Source: Candidatus Helarchaeota archaeon (GTDB taxonomy: Archaea; Asgardarchaeota; Lokiarchaeia; Helarchaeales; RDOG01). Taken from it: DNA of 64,000 nt. A model generated the notes under the pieces. That model did not search any database. It saw nothing but the letters and a program-made list of their open reading frames with translations, and was not told the origin of the DNA. The stretch is from the NCBI GenBank assembly GCA_019058315.1, contig JAHPZH010000004.1, positions 540,682-604,681 on the forward strand, read 5' to 3'. The translations under genes were made by a program, and so were the position numbers. Shown one piece after another: positions 9,858 through 19,457 of this stretch; position 1 is the stretch's first letter, and each line of letters starts with the position of its first letter.

Positions 9858-11393
9858 ATGGAAGATTTTGATATTATCGTTGTAGGCTCTGGAATAGGAG
9901 GAGTCGGTGTTGCTGCGTTATTAGCACATGCAGGTTATAAAACACTAGTTTTAGAAAAAAACGATAGAATTGGTGGAGCATGTAGCTCATATATTAAAGA
10001 AACCGAAATGGGGAAATACATTGTTGATGTATCAGTTCATTTCTTTTCACACGGACTTAAAGGGAGATTTGGCAAGATTTTAAAAAAAATTGGTCTTGCA
10101 TATAAAAATGAAAAAGGTCAGCTAGTTTCTGATTATATTAAATTTCTTCCTAACCTTGCAGATAAAGTTAAACTTAAAGTGAAAGGAAAAGAAGGTTTTA
10201 CATCAATTATGGGATTAAGAACTTCGTCAAAAGATAAAATAGTTGAAAAGAAAGAACCTTTAGATGAAAAATCAGCTTACAAACGAGAAGAACAAAAAGA
10301 AATTATGTCTGTTATTGGATCAATTCTCCAAACCTCAAAGAAAAAAATTCGAGAATTAGATGAGAGACAAGTTGATTTAAAAACGTGGGTTAATGAAATC
10401 ACTACTAATAAAAAGGCTCATGATCTTGTTGCAGTTATGTGTGGAACTTTTTTTACAATTCCTCCAAAAATGGCCTCGGCAGCCGAATATATTATCTGCT
10501 TACAAGAATCAGTTTTTAAAAATGATGCAACCTATCCGATTGGAGGAAGTATAGCTATCCCAAATGCGTTTGCTGAAGGAATAAAAAAATATGGTGGGGA
10601 AGTTAGGACAAATGCTCCAGTTTCAAAAATCCTTGTAGATGATGGCAAGATTGTGGGGGTAGTGTGTAATGATGAAGAAATAAAATCTAAGATAGTTATC
10701 AGTAACTCAGGGATCAAGAGAACTGTTTCTGCATTGGTGGGGGAACAATTTTTTGACAAAGATTATGTTAAAAGAGTAAAAGATCTAATCCCCTCTAATA
10801 GCGCTATTACATTTAAATTTGGTTTAAAAAAACCTATTGCCGAATTGAAAGATATGCCTGTTATCCAAATGACCCAACCTCGAATTACTCCATTGAAAGG
10901 CTTTGAAGAAGAAGCAAAACAAGGTAAAAAGGTCCCTAAAGCGGCTGGTTATCTAGTTTCGATATCATCAAATATGGATCCAAATCTTGCCCCGAAGGAT
11001 TGTCAATTAGTAATTTTTGGAACATCTGCACCTAGTTCAATAGAAGGTGGTGATTGGAAACGATGGACAGATGCCTATTACAAGGATATTTTAGAATATT
11101 ATCCCGAACTTGCCGAGGAGGATCAAGTAGACTTTATGGATGCATTTACACCATTTGATTATGTTCGATATACCGGTAAGGCTGGAGGACCAGTTGAAGG
11201 GACAGCTTTAACTCCAGCACAATCTGGTAAAAGAAGAATATCGTCTGTATTACCTATCGAAGGTCTATTTGTTGTAGGTGATACTGCCGGAACAGATACC
11301 CATGGAGTTGGAACTCAACTTGCTGCGGATAGCGCATTAAAATTAGCTGATATAATTTTAAAAGAATATAAATTAACCGAAATAAAGAAATAA
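9858..11393 (+). CDS. Phytoene desaturase-like (CrtI family) NAD(P)/FAD oxidoreductase
   Basis: GSGIGG...LEKNDRIGG, YPIGGS, DPNLAPK, GLFVVGD. Confidence 0.85.
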   Translation: MEDFDIIVVGSGIGGVGVAALLAHAGYKTLVLEKNDRIGGACSSYIKETEMGKYIVDVSVHFFSHGLKGRFGKILKKIGLAYKNEKGQLVSDYIKFLPNLADKVKLKVKGKEGFTSIMGLRTSSKDKIVEKKEPLDEKSAYKREEQKEIMSVIGSILQTSKKKIRELDERQVDLKTWVNEITTNKKAHDLVAVMCGTFFTIPPKMASAAEYIICLQESVFKNDATYPIGGSIAIPNAFAEGIKKYGGEVRTNAPVSKILVDDGKIVGVVCNDEEIKSKIVISNSGIKRTVSALVGEQFFDKDYVKRVKDLIPSNSAITFKFGLKKPIAELKDMPVIQMTQPRITPLKGFEEEAKQGKKVPKAAGYLVSISSNMDPNLAPKDCQLVIFGTSAPSSIEGGDWKRWTDAYYKDILEYYPELAEEDQVDFMDAFTPFDYVRYTGKAGGPVEGTALTPAQSGKRRISSVLPIEGLFVVGDTAGTDTHGVGTQLAADSALKLADIILKEYKLTEIKK

Positions 11394-11409
11394 TTGGATA
11401 AACAAGACT

Positions 11410-12414
11410 ATGTCCAACGAAGAAAATTTAAAGAAATTTCGAAAATTCTGTGATAAATCAGTTGATGGTTTAACAATTGTTGAGAATGGAAAAGTAGTGT
11501 ATATTAACGACCGTGTAAGTGAAATTTTTGGACATAATAAAGAAGAACTTACAAAATTTTTCGATATGGATTATGGTATCCCCAAAGATAGAAAGGATCT
11601 ACGTGATTTAATAGAAGATACAGAAAAAACAGGTATCCCTCCTAATATTATAGAATTCTGGATTACCCGAAATAAGAATAAAAGAAGGTGTATTCAAAAT
11701 CGATATATCACTTCTCGTGAAGGTGATGAGAAATTATATCGCTTCATTACAACAACAGACATAACAGATTTCAAGTTAATGATTGATAATTTAAGGAAAC
11801 ACAGAAATAATCTCCAACAACTGATAAAAATGTTAGGAATTGAAGAAAGTCTTAATAAATCAATTGATGATACAGATTTACTTACAATTATTTCTGGAAA
11901 ATTAGAAAATAATGAAAAAATTGAATCAATAAAAAAGGATATTGATCAAAATACTTATACTTTCAAAATTAAAATAAGTCCTTCAATAACAGAAAAAGAA
12001 AAGAAAGAGGTTTTATTAGCTTCATATATTTGGGATGATGCATTAGGACCAACATTAAAAGAATCTTATCCTGAAACAAAAACTCTACCTTATTCTATTA
12101 AAGATGTAGGGGTTCAATTATTTCATGCTGCAGTATCCATTTATGGTCAGAATCCATTTATTAAAGCTCAAGACCTTCTTTTAAATATGGAAAACATAAA
12201 TAAGGTTGGATATATTTATTTCGACGCCAAACCCGGAGCAACGAAGGATCGGTTTATGATAACTTTGGTATCTCCAAAAATCAATTATTTTGAATCCTTA
12301 AAACTCAAAACACTTTTTAAAGAAATTTCCAATAAAATTAAAGAAAATACTGAATGGGATATAAAAAATTATTGGAATAAAGTTCTAAAAATTCTATCAA
12401 CTCCCCAATTATAA
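11410..12414 (+). CDS. PAS-domain protein with C-terminal uDENN/longin-like domain
   Basis: N-terminal PAS (GKVVYINDRVSEIFGHNKEEL...TDIT), short coil, C-terminal WDDALGPTLKESYP motif. Confidence 0.7.
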   Translation: MSNEENLKKFRKFCDKSVDGLTIVENGKVVYINDRVSEIFGHNKEELTKFFDMDYGIPKDRKDLRDLIEDTEKTGIPPNIIEFWITRNKNKRRCIQNRYITSREGDEKLYRFITTTDITDFKLMIDNLRKHRNNLQQLIKMLGIEESLNKSIDDTDLLTIISGKLENNEKIESIKKDIDQNTYTFKIKISPSITEKEKKEVLLASYIWDDALGPTLKESYPETKTLPYSIKDVGVQLFHAAVSIYGQNPFIKAQDLLLNMENINKVGYIYFDAKPGATKDRFMITLVSPKINYFESLKLKTLFKEISNKIKENTEWDIKNYWNKVLKILSTPQL

Positions 12415-12507
12415 ACCAAAATTATTAAAGATAATTCCTATTTATTTCGATTCATAAAATTAATATCTAATAAAAGAACCTTGATTTAAAATAAAAAAAT
12501 AAATGAT

Positions 12508-12813
12508 TTAACTCCATCTCATAACGAGACCTGTACCGCCTTCCGGATAATCCCAAGAGATAGCATCAGATGGACAAATATTAAAACATGCACCGCATTC
12601 AAAGCAAAAGTTTGGATATTTAAAGACTGCTTTATCATTTTCCATTTCAAAACATCCACCAGGACATTGTTCATAGCAAATTCTACATCCACCACATTTA
12701 TCCGTTATTACTTTGATAAAATCCTTATTCTTAGGTTCAACCATTTCAAAATAATCTTTAATCTTTTCTCTAAGTTTTGCACCCTCATATTCTTCTTTAG
12801 GTCTTTTACTCAT
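12508..12813 (-). CDS. Ferredoxin, FixX-like 2x[4Fe-4S]
   Basis: CGGCRICYEQCP, CFECGACFNICP, WDYPEGGTG (FixX-like tail). Confidence 0.9.
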   Translation of the reverse strand: MSKRPKEEYEGAKLREKIKDYFEMVEPKNKDFIKVITDKCGGCRICYEQCPGGCFEMENDKAVFKYPNFCFECGACFNICPSDAISWDYPEGGTGLVMRWS

Positions 12814-12825
12814 CTAATTTACCTC

Positions 12826-14136
12826 CTATTTAATCATCTGGCTTATAAGTTCTACAAAAGGACGAATGGCAAACCTTATTGGACGAACACCTGCCATTAA
12901 TTTTTCAAGATTTTCAAATTGACCTGAAATAGGAATTTCCATAGGATGATACATTGAATTTACTCCTTGAGATGATGCCATAAGTTTTGCTAAACCATTT
13001 ATCGTCATATCACGAACTAACCATGTTTCTAATTCTTTTCCAATAGACAAAGTTTTTCCTACGTCACCCTTTGACCACTTCTTTTCGTATTTTGATAACA
13101 TTTTTGCAGAACAATCATCTTCTTCAATAGCCTTTAATGCTACTTTTGCAGCAATTTTACCAGCTTTAACTGCACCATACCAACCAGCCCCATCTATAGC
13201 ACAAACCATACCTGCAGCATCTCCCACTATCATAATACCATCACCATATGAAGAATTAATTTGTCCTGTATTGGGATTGGGATCTGTTAGAGGAATGGCA
13301 TGAGCATGAATCTCTCTTATTTTTCCTCCTTTTAATTTGGGGGCAACAAGGGGATGTTCAATCGCATTCCACATATACCAGTGTGCATTATATTTATGAA
13401 TCACATAATCTGACATTAATGATCCGAGTCCTAGACTCACAGAATCTCTATTGGGAAATATCCAAAAATAGCCCGCCTCACCAGCTACCGTTGCTCCCCA
13501 ATATATCTCTATCAAAACTCCATCTTCGATCCCAGAACCCCAACGTTCTGTCACAATATTCTCATCACCGAAATACCAATCATATTTTACACATAATGCA
13601 ACTTCCTGAGCTGGCCATTTTGAGCGTAATCCTGCCATTCTCCCAATATGAGAATTGACTCCATCTGCAGCAATTGTAATTTTTCCCTCAATTTTTTCAC
13701 CAGTTTCCGTAATAACACCTTTAATGACTGTTCCATCCCTAATTACATTTACTGCTTTTGTTTTAGTTTTTAATTCTGCACCCGCTTTTACTGCTTGCTC
13801 ACTCCACCATTTATCAAATTCGTTTCTATAAACATTTAGTGGGTCAACTTTAGATCTATCGTCAGAAGCACTGGAATTTTCAGCCCAATTTGGACCTGGT
13901 TCTGGAACCCAGTACATTCTGGATCCATCAACCACTCGTTCGATAGGGGCATCTGCAGGAAAATCAGGAACTATTTCTCTGGCTACGTTTCCCCAAATTG
14001 TCGAACCTGACGTATTTTTTTCACCAGGGTAACGACCACGTTCTATCATGATAACTTTTAATCCTTCTTCTGCGGCTATTTTAGAAACTGCCGAACCTCC
14101 AGGACCTGCACCGACAACAACCAAATCATAAACCAT
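12826..14136 (-). CDS. FixC/geranylgeranyl-reductase family flavoprotein
   Basis: GAGPGG, ERGRYPGEKN, AADGVNS, GYFWIFP, VGDAAG. Confidence 0.85.
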   Translation of the reverse strand: MVYDLVVVGAGPGGSAVSKIAAEEGLKVIMIERGRYPGEKNTSGSTIWGNVAREIVPDFPADAPIERVVDGSRMYWVPEPGPNWAENSSASDDRSKVDPLNVYRNEFDKWWSEQAVKAGAELKTKTKAVNVIRDGTVIKGVITETGEKIEGKITIAADGVNSHIGRMAGLRSKWPAQEVALCVKYDWYFGDENIVTERWGSGIEDGVLIEIYWGATVAGEAGYFWIFPNRDSVSLGLGSLMSDYVIHKYNAHWYMWNAIEHPLVAPKLKGGKIREIHAHAIPLTDPNPNTGQINSSYGDGIMIVGDAAGMVCAIDGAGWYGAVKAGKIAAKVALKAIEEDDCSAKMLSKYEKKWSKGDVGKTLSIGKELETWLVRDMTINGLAKLMASSQGVNSMYHPMEIPISGQFENLEKLMAGVRPIRFAIRPFVELISQMIK

Positions 14137-14278
14137 TTAATTCACATTATTGAATTTTGATAATTCTATTTAACTAATTTTTAAAATTTTGAAATTTTAA
14201 GATATAATTATCAAATTATGTTTAGATAAATTAAAAAAAGTATTTGGTTTTTAGATTTCTATTTTTAATTAAATAACA

Positions 14279-15160
14279 TTATGCATGAAAAATCATTCTT
14301 ATTAACCACATCAGAAATATTCCAGCTAAAAATATTAAAATAACTAAAGAGGATTTTTTCATGCTCTCTTCTTTTTTTAATTCTGGAATTAAATCGGTAG
14401 CTGCAATATAAAAAAAACCACCCGCTGCAAAAGGTAATAGAAATATAAACATCGATTCAATGAGCGATACGATAAAGTATCCTATAATACCACCAATAAC
14501 TACTGTTAAAGCAACAATGAAGTTTAACATCAATGCCCGCCGTTTTTTATATCCCCCATGAATTAGCACTCCAAAGTCACCGATTTCTTGAGGAAGCTCA
14601 TGGGAAGCGATTGCGATTACGGTTATTATTCCTAGTGGAATCGATGCTACAAAACTTGTAGCAACAATCAAGCCATCAATGAAATTATGAATAGAATCAC
14701 CAAGCAGATTCATATGAGCAAATGAATGGATTTCGCAATACCCTTTATGACAATGACGCCAGTGTAATAATTTTTCAATTATAAAGAATGCGACAAATCC
14801 AATTATAACATAGATCAGAATATTAATATCAAAATGAGAATGTGGTAGAATTTGAATACCACTGAATTGTTGAATCAATTCTAGTATAAGAGGAAAATAG
14901 TCAATACCTAACGAGTCTCCAATAGGCTCTAGCAGTATATGAATAACATAATGAGATAAATCAGAATGAGTAGATAGTTCAATTGATTCTGGTAATAAAT
15001 GAAGAAAACCTCCTCCAAGTAAAGCCCCTGCAGATAGACTTACTAATAAGAGGACAATCTTATCTAGAACTTCATCATTTATACTAATAGAGAATATTCC
15101 AATAAATGCTAATAAACTTATTAATAGAGTAGTAATTACAATCAAAATTATTTCAATCAA
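14279..15160 (-). CDS. ZIP family metal (Zn) transporter
   Basis: FLHLLPE, HWRHCH loop, HNFIDG, HELPQEIGDF; GGTGA SD before TTG. Confidence 0.93.
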   Translation of the reverse strand: MIEIILIVITTLLISLLAFIGIFSISINDEVLDKIVLLLVSLSAGALLGGGFLHLLPESIELSTHSDLSHYVIHILLEPIGDSLGIDYFPLILELIQQFSGIQILPHSHFDINILIYVIIGFVAFFIIEKLLHWRHCHKGYCEIHSFAHMNLLGDSIHNFIDGLIVATSFVASIPLGIITVIAIASHELPQEIGDFGVLIHGGYKKRRALMLNFIVALTVVIGGIIGYFIVSLIESMFIFLLPFAAGGFFYIAATDLIPELKKEESMKKSSLVILIFLAGIFLMWLIRMIFHA

Positions 15161-15227
15161 TTCAATATCACCATCTCTAATTTACTTCATTTTTTACTCC
15201 AAGAATAGTGTATTTAAAACCTCAAAA

Positions 15228-15276
15228 TATATAAATGTATTATAAAATATAAAATTTTGTATGACATTTTATATAT
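15228..15276. promoter_or_regulatory. Imperfect inverted repeat, candidate NikR-family operator
   Basis: aaatgtattataaaa...ttttgtatgacattt arms between divergent ZIP and NikR genes; contains GTATGA; AT-rich background weakens significance. Confidence 0.4.
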
Positions 15277-15331
15277 TTTTAATTAAGATTGTATTATAAT
15301 TGTCTTATTAGATAATTAAGAGGCTTTAATA

Positions 15332-15754
15332 TTGACACAGTTAGAAAATAGAAATCGAAGAAAAGTTATTAGTCTATCTTGTAATGAATCATTACTAGGA
15401 GAAATAGACAAATTTATTAAATTATTGGGATTTTCAAACAGAAGTGAGATATTTAGAGCCGCTATTAGAAAATTTATAATAGATGAAAAAGAAAGAATCA
15501 AGCTTACAGGGAATATTTCTGCGATTCTTATATTATTACATTCCCATGAACATGAAAATTTTGTGACATCCATCAAACATAAGGATAAATTTAAAAATAT
15601 CATTAAAACTCAAATCCATCACAATGCAGGTGATGATAAATGCCTAGAAATGTTTATACTTGAAGGGGAATCTAAAATAATGAGTGAAATGGTAAATATA
15701 TTCCAAAAATTTCAAAAATATATTGATTATGTAAAACTTCTTCCATTATCCTAA
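15332..15754 (+). CDS. nikR: NikR-family ribbon-helix-helix metal-responsive regulator
   Basis: VISLS...NRSEIFRAAIR (RHH), HHN...KCLEMFILEG metal-binding ACT-like domain. Confidence 0.85.
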   Translation: MTQLENRNRRKVISLSCNESLLGEIDKFIKLLGFSNRSEIFRAAIRKFIIDEKERIKLTGNISAILILLHSHEHENFVTSIKHKDKFKNIIKTQIHHNAGDDKCLEMFILEGESKIMSEMVNIFQKFQKYIDYVKLLPLS

Positions 15755-15756
15755 TT

Positions 15757-17574
15757 TTGCAATTGGTTTTATTTTTTAATTTAAAGGCAGTGTTTGGAAC
15801 GATAAGAAAATTAAAAAATAAGATTGGATTAATAAAAATTGCGATTGGAATAACTGTATTATCTTTGCTTGTTAGTAGCTTATTTATTCTGTATTATGAA
15901 CCAGAACAAGATTCATATGTAATTGATGTTGATTTTCTTACTGATGATTTTACTTTAATCCATGGGACACTTTATATTCCCCGTTTATTACCTCTATTTT
16001 TAATGGAATATAATGGTACGGTTCCTGGGATAGTTATCGCTCATGGTCTGGGTGGAAATCATCATGGTCTAGAAAGTCTAGCCAAAGTTTTTAATAGAAA
16101 CGGAATGATAGCTTTAGGGATTGATTTTAGAGGGCATGGGCAATCTTTGGGTGGATTTGATTTCGCAAATTCTCCTTGGAGGAATTTTCAAGCAAATTCT
16201 TTTAAATTAGCATGGGATGTAAAAGCTGCAATAAATTTTCTAACAACCTTTTGTAAATTTGTAAATTCAAGTCAAATTGGAGTTTATGGTGGCTCTCTTG
16301 GAGGTTTGGCAGCTATGACTCAAGGGTATTTGGAAAATATTTCAAATGCAACTGTAAGTATGAGTATGGCAAAATTAGAACTCCTCTATTTTATAAACTC
16401 CACCCATCCAAAGAATTTATTATTAGTAATGGGGACAAGAGATGATTTATTTTCAATAGGTGAGGGAATGATGTTGTTCTATCTTGCATGCGGCAATAAA
16501 TTTGTTCCACCATATAAAACAGAGGGAAGTTTTTCAAATGGAACTGCCAGACATTTAATTATTACACCTACAGGACATGAAGTAGTTCCTTCTTTCCCAG
16601 CTTTAACTGAGGAAATTGTCAAATGGTATAGAAAGGCGTTTTTCAACTCCACATCGGGAACAACACTAGATATTGGATTAACTAGGTACGAATTAATTGT
16701 AGGGTCAAATATCTATGGATTTTTAGGATTTTTTTTACTTATAGGAACAATTTCTGTTATTCTATCATATTTAAAAAAGAAAAAAAAGGTAAATAACTCA
16801 TTAACTTCTAGTTTAATGCTATCGGAAAATAATAATTTAAAAGAAGAAAATCAACCTAATTTATTGTATTTATTTGGCATATTTATTTTTATTTATTTCA
16901 TATCCTCCATTTTAATTCATCCTTTGGCTGGTCTATTTTGGTGGATCCCATCAATTGGTGGAAATTTCTTAGCTTCAATTCTTGTCATTTCAACAATTTT
17001 AGGTATTTTTGGAATTTATTTATACTCAAGAAAATTAAAAGGATTTAATCTAAAAAAAGTAATATTTGGAAATGAAAAACTGTTTAGTGCATTAATAATT
17101 GGTTTAATTTGTTTTACTTATATATTTTCAATAACAAGCATCACCTCTCCGGAATTTGACCTTTTGAGAATTCCAAATTCCTTATCATCAATCATCATAT
17201 TTAGTTCTCTATTTATACCCTTTATGTTAATTGATGAAACTATAACTCGAATTTTTATCCAATCACGATATAATAAGGACAATGTAACCAAAAGAATGTT
17301 AATTGGAATTTCTTTCACAGCTATACTAAAAGCTATACTCTTTGGACTCATTTATCTTTGGGGTTTAATCTATGGCTGGTTAGGAATCTCATTTGTGGAT
17401 GAATTTGTCCTTAAATTAATGGTCCCAACGTTTATGTTTATAATGATGTATTACATTTGTGTCTATTCCCCATTTATGTTTGAGACATCTAAAAAAATAC
17501 ATTCCTCAGCAATATGTTCTGCACTATTATTAGCTATAGATTTTGGAATGCGATTAACAACAATAATTTTCTAA
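15757..17574 (+). CDS. Membrane-bound alpha/beta hydrolase with multi-TM C-terminal domain
   Basis: AHGLGG, DFRGHGQS, nucleophile GGSLGG, GTRDD, GHE; about 8 C-terminal TMs. Confidence 0.85.
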   Translation: MQLVLFFNLKAVFGTIRKLKNKIGLIKIAIGITVLSLLVSSLFILYYEPEQDSYVIDVDFLTDDFTLIHGTLYIPRLLPLFLMEYNGTVPGIVIAHGLGGNHHGLESLAKVFNRNGMIALGIDFRGHGQSLGGFDFANSPWRNFQANSFKLAWDVKAAINFLTTFCKFVNSSQIGVYGGSLGGLAAMTQGYLENISNATVSMSMAKLELLYFINSTHPKNLLLVMGTRDDLFSIGEGMMLFYLACGNKFVPPYKTEGSFSNGTARHLIITPTGHEVVPSFPALTEEIVKWYRKAFFNSTSGTTLDIGLTRYELIVGSNIYGFLGFFLLIGTISVILSYLKKKKKVNNSLTSSLMLSENNNLKEENQPNLLYLFGIFIFIYFISSILIHPLAGLFWWIPSIGGNFLASILVISTILGIFGIYLYSRKLKGFNLKKVIFGNEKLFSALIIGLICFTYIFSITSITSPEFDLLRIPNSLSSIIIFSSLFIPFMLIDETITRIFIQSRYNKDNVTKRMLIGISFTAILKAILFGLIYLWGLIYGWLGISFVDEFVLKLMVPTFMFIMMYYICVYSPFMFETSKKIHSSAICSALLLAIDFGMRLTTIIF

Positions 17575-17582
17575 AAGGTCTT

Positions 17583-18011
17583 TTAAAAGCCTCGCATTGA
17601 TATAATGAAAAAAATTCCCATAAATGTACTAATTACAATAATAGTTATTAGGTAATGTTCGTATGTAAATTGAAGTAACGCTATACCAAATCCTAATAAT
17701 GCCCCCGTAATAAACCTGATTGGATTTATGCTTTCTCTATAACCCAATTTTTGAGTTCCCCAATCTATCATAACTGGAATTACTAACAAAGTTGCAAGTA
17801 TAAGACTAAAAGTAGAGTCTAATTCGATTTTTGTAAAAAGGAAATAACTGAAAGCAACTAAAAAGCTGATTACTACTCCAGAACAACGAGCACAAATATG
17901 AAATTCTTTACCTCGGACGGATAAAGTAAAAGTTCGATTATAATATTCTTCTGTATGATGTGAAAAGAATAAATGAATTATATTTTTTAACTTCTCTATT
18001 TTTGTTCCCAT
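17583..18011 (-). CDS. DUF2085-like membrane protein
   Basis: ICARCSG, DWGTQ..G.RES.N..RFITG. Confidence 0.85.
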   Translation of the reverse strand: MGTKIEKLKNIIHLFFSHHTEEYYNRTFTLSVRGKEFHICARCSGVVISFLVAFSYFLFTKIELDSTFSLILATLLVIPVMIDWGTQKLGYRESINPIRFITGALLGFGIALLQFTYEHYLITIIVISTFMGIFFIISMRGF

Positions 18012-18036
18012 AAAAATAATGCCATCCTAATAAAAA

Positions 18037-18594
18037 TTAATCAATTTTCTTAAGAGGGCGTCCACAACCCGGACAATATTTATAGACTTCTCCCATTTCT
18101 CTCCCACAATTTGAGCATTCATACATATATGGAATGTCTTCAATCTTCTCTTCTTTAACATCTGTTTCAGGAATTGAGTTTTTTAAAATTTTTTCTTCTT
18201 TTTTTTGTGAAATTGCTTTAATTTTTTTACCCACTTTTCCAATTTCGACTTCTCCTGTCTTTTCTATTATTTCGATAGGTAATTTCTTTTTATTCTGTAT
18301 CTCTTCTAAAATATACATAACATCGTGAAATCCTAACTGTAAATCTGTCATAATATTTTGTATTGGGACTCTACTGTTTGAGAAATTTAAGAGGTGCGAA
18401 TAGACTTTGCGACGAAGAGTTAAACGGTTATACATCGATAGTAAGATAAGAAATACAACAAAAATTAAAAAATAAATAGATAAAGGATCAATCGTTCCAT
18501 AAATATAATATTGCATAACAACCAGTAGAGCTGCCATTATAAAACAACATATCTCGGAGAAAGCTCCACCAGATCTTACAGGTTGTTCTTCCAT
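18037..18594 (-). CDS. Membrane protein with C-terminal zinc ribbon
   Basis: Two N-terminal TMs, possible wHTH/PCI-like middle, CSNCG...YCPGCG. Confidence 0.7.
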   Translation of the reverse strand: MEEQPVRSGGAFSEICCFIMAALLVVMQYYIYGTIDPLSIYFLIFVVFLILLSMYNRLTLRRKVYSHLLNFSNSRVPIQNIMTDLQLGFHDVMYILEEIQNKKKLPIEIIEKTGEVEIGKVGKKIKAISQKKEEKILKNSIPETDVKEEKIEDIPYMYECSNCGREMGEVYKYCPGCGRPLKKID

Positions 18595-18720
18595 ATAGAT
18601 TCCTACTATGAGATCAAATTTTTAAATATATTTTTTTTAGAATTCTTTTTTTAAACATTATAAATTTACTATTTATTCAAAATAATAAATCATTTTTAAA
18701 GTGTTGTAATCTTTTATTTT

Positions 18721-18936
18721 TTGAGGTGTGCCTCATTGGATTGTAAAATTGAACAAAATATGAAAGATTGTCCCTGTACCTATACTTCATGTTCCCGTAG
18801 AGGGAAATGTTGTGAATGCTTGAAATATCATTGGTCACATGGAGAATTACCCGGATGTTTATTTCCCCCAGAAGTAGAAAAAACTTGGGATCGCTCATTA
18901 AAAAAGTTTATTGAAACGTATAAAGATAAGATATAA
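18721..18936 (+). CDS. DUF6485-like small Cys-rich protein
   Basis: CPCTYTSCSRRGKCCECLKYH...LPGCLFP..EKTWDRS; true start may be the downstream TTG after GAGGTG. Confidence 0.75.
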   Translation: MRCASLDCKIEQNMKDCPCTYTSCSRRGKCCECLKYHWSHGELPGCLFPPEVEKTWDRSLKKFIETYKDKI

Positions 18937-18957
18937 TCAGATCTGAAAAAAAATTAC

Positions 18958-19413
18958 TTATTTCGATTTCTTTAATTCTTCCAAGTATGGCTTTACTAAT
19001 TCTTGATTTTTAGCTTTTTCCAAGATTCTGATCGCTAAAAGTTTCTTGATCCTAAAATAAATTCCTAAAACTTCTTCAAAAGATTTATCTTTACTAAACT
19101 TATCTTTAAGAACCTTATCCCGCTCTCCCGGACATCCTCCACGTCTCATACAGCAATAAGATAATGATTTAAAACAAACACGATCATCATCTAAATCAAA
19201 TTCTTTACTAAATGCATCCTTAATCTTCACATATTCTTCTTCGCTCATGCCAATTTTATCAAGAGCTTTTTTTCGTTGACAATGAGATGAAAATGTAAGA
19301 GCATATGCTGGATGACAGCACCATGTTAACGCTCTGATGTCTCCACCAAAACAAATAGGAACAGGAGCATTCTCCCAGCCATTTAATTTACGGATTAATC
19401 TAGTGTCGAACAA
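18958..19413 (-). CDS. Methanogenesis marker 9 domain protein
   Basis: WENAPVPICFGGDIRALTWCC and CFKSLSYCC resemble the marker-9 WxxAPxxxCxGGDxRxLxxCC / CFxSLxxCC motifs. Confidence 0.8.
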   Translation of the reverse strand: MFDTRLIRKLNGWENAPVPICFGGDIRALTWCCHPAYALTFSSHCQRKKALDKIGMSEEEYVKIKDAFSKEFDLDDDRVCFKSLSYCCMRRGGCPGERDKVLKDKFSKDKSFEEVLGIYFRIKKLLAIRILEKAKNQELVKPYLEELKKSK

Positions 19414-19457
19414 TTTTCTTCTACAAAAAAATCTAAAATTTCTAAATAAGTATATTG

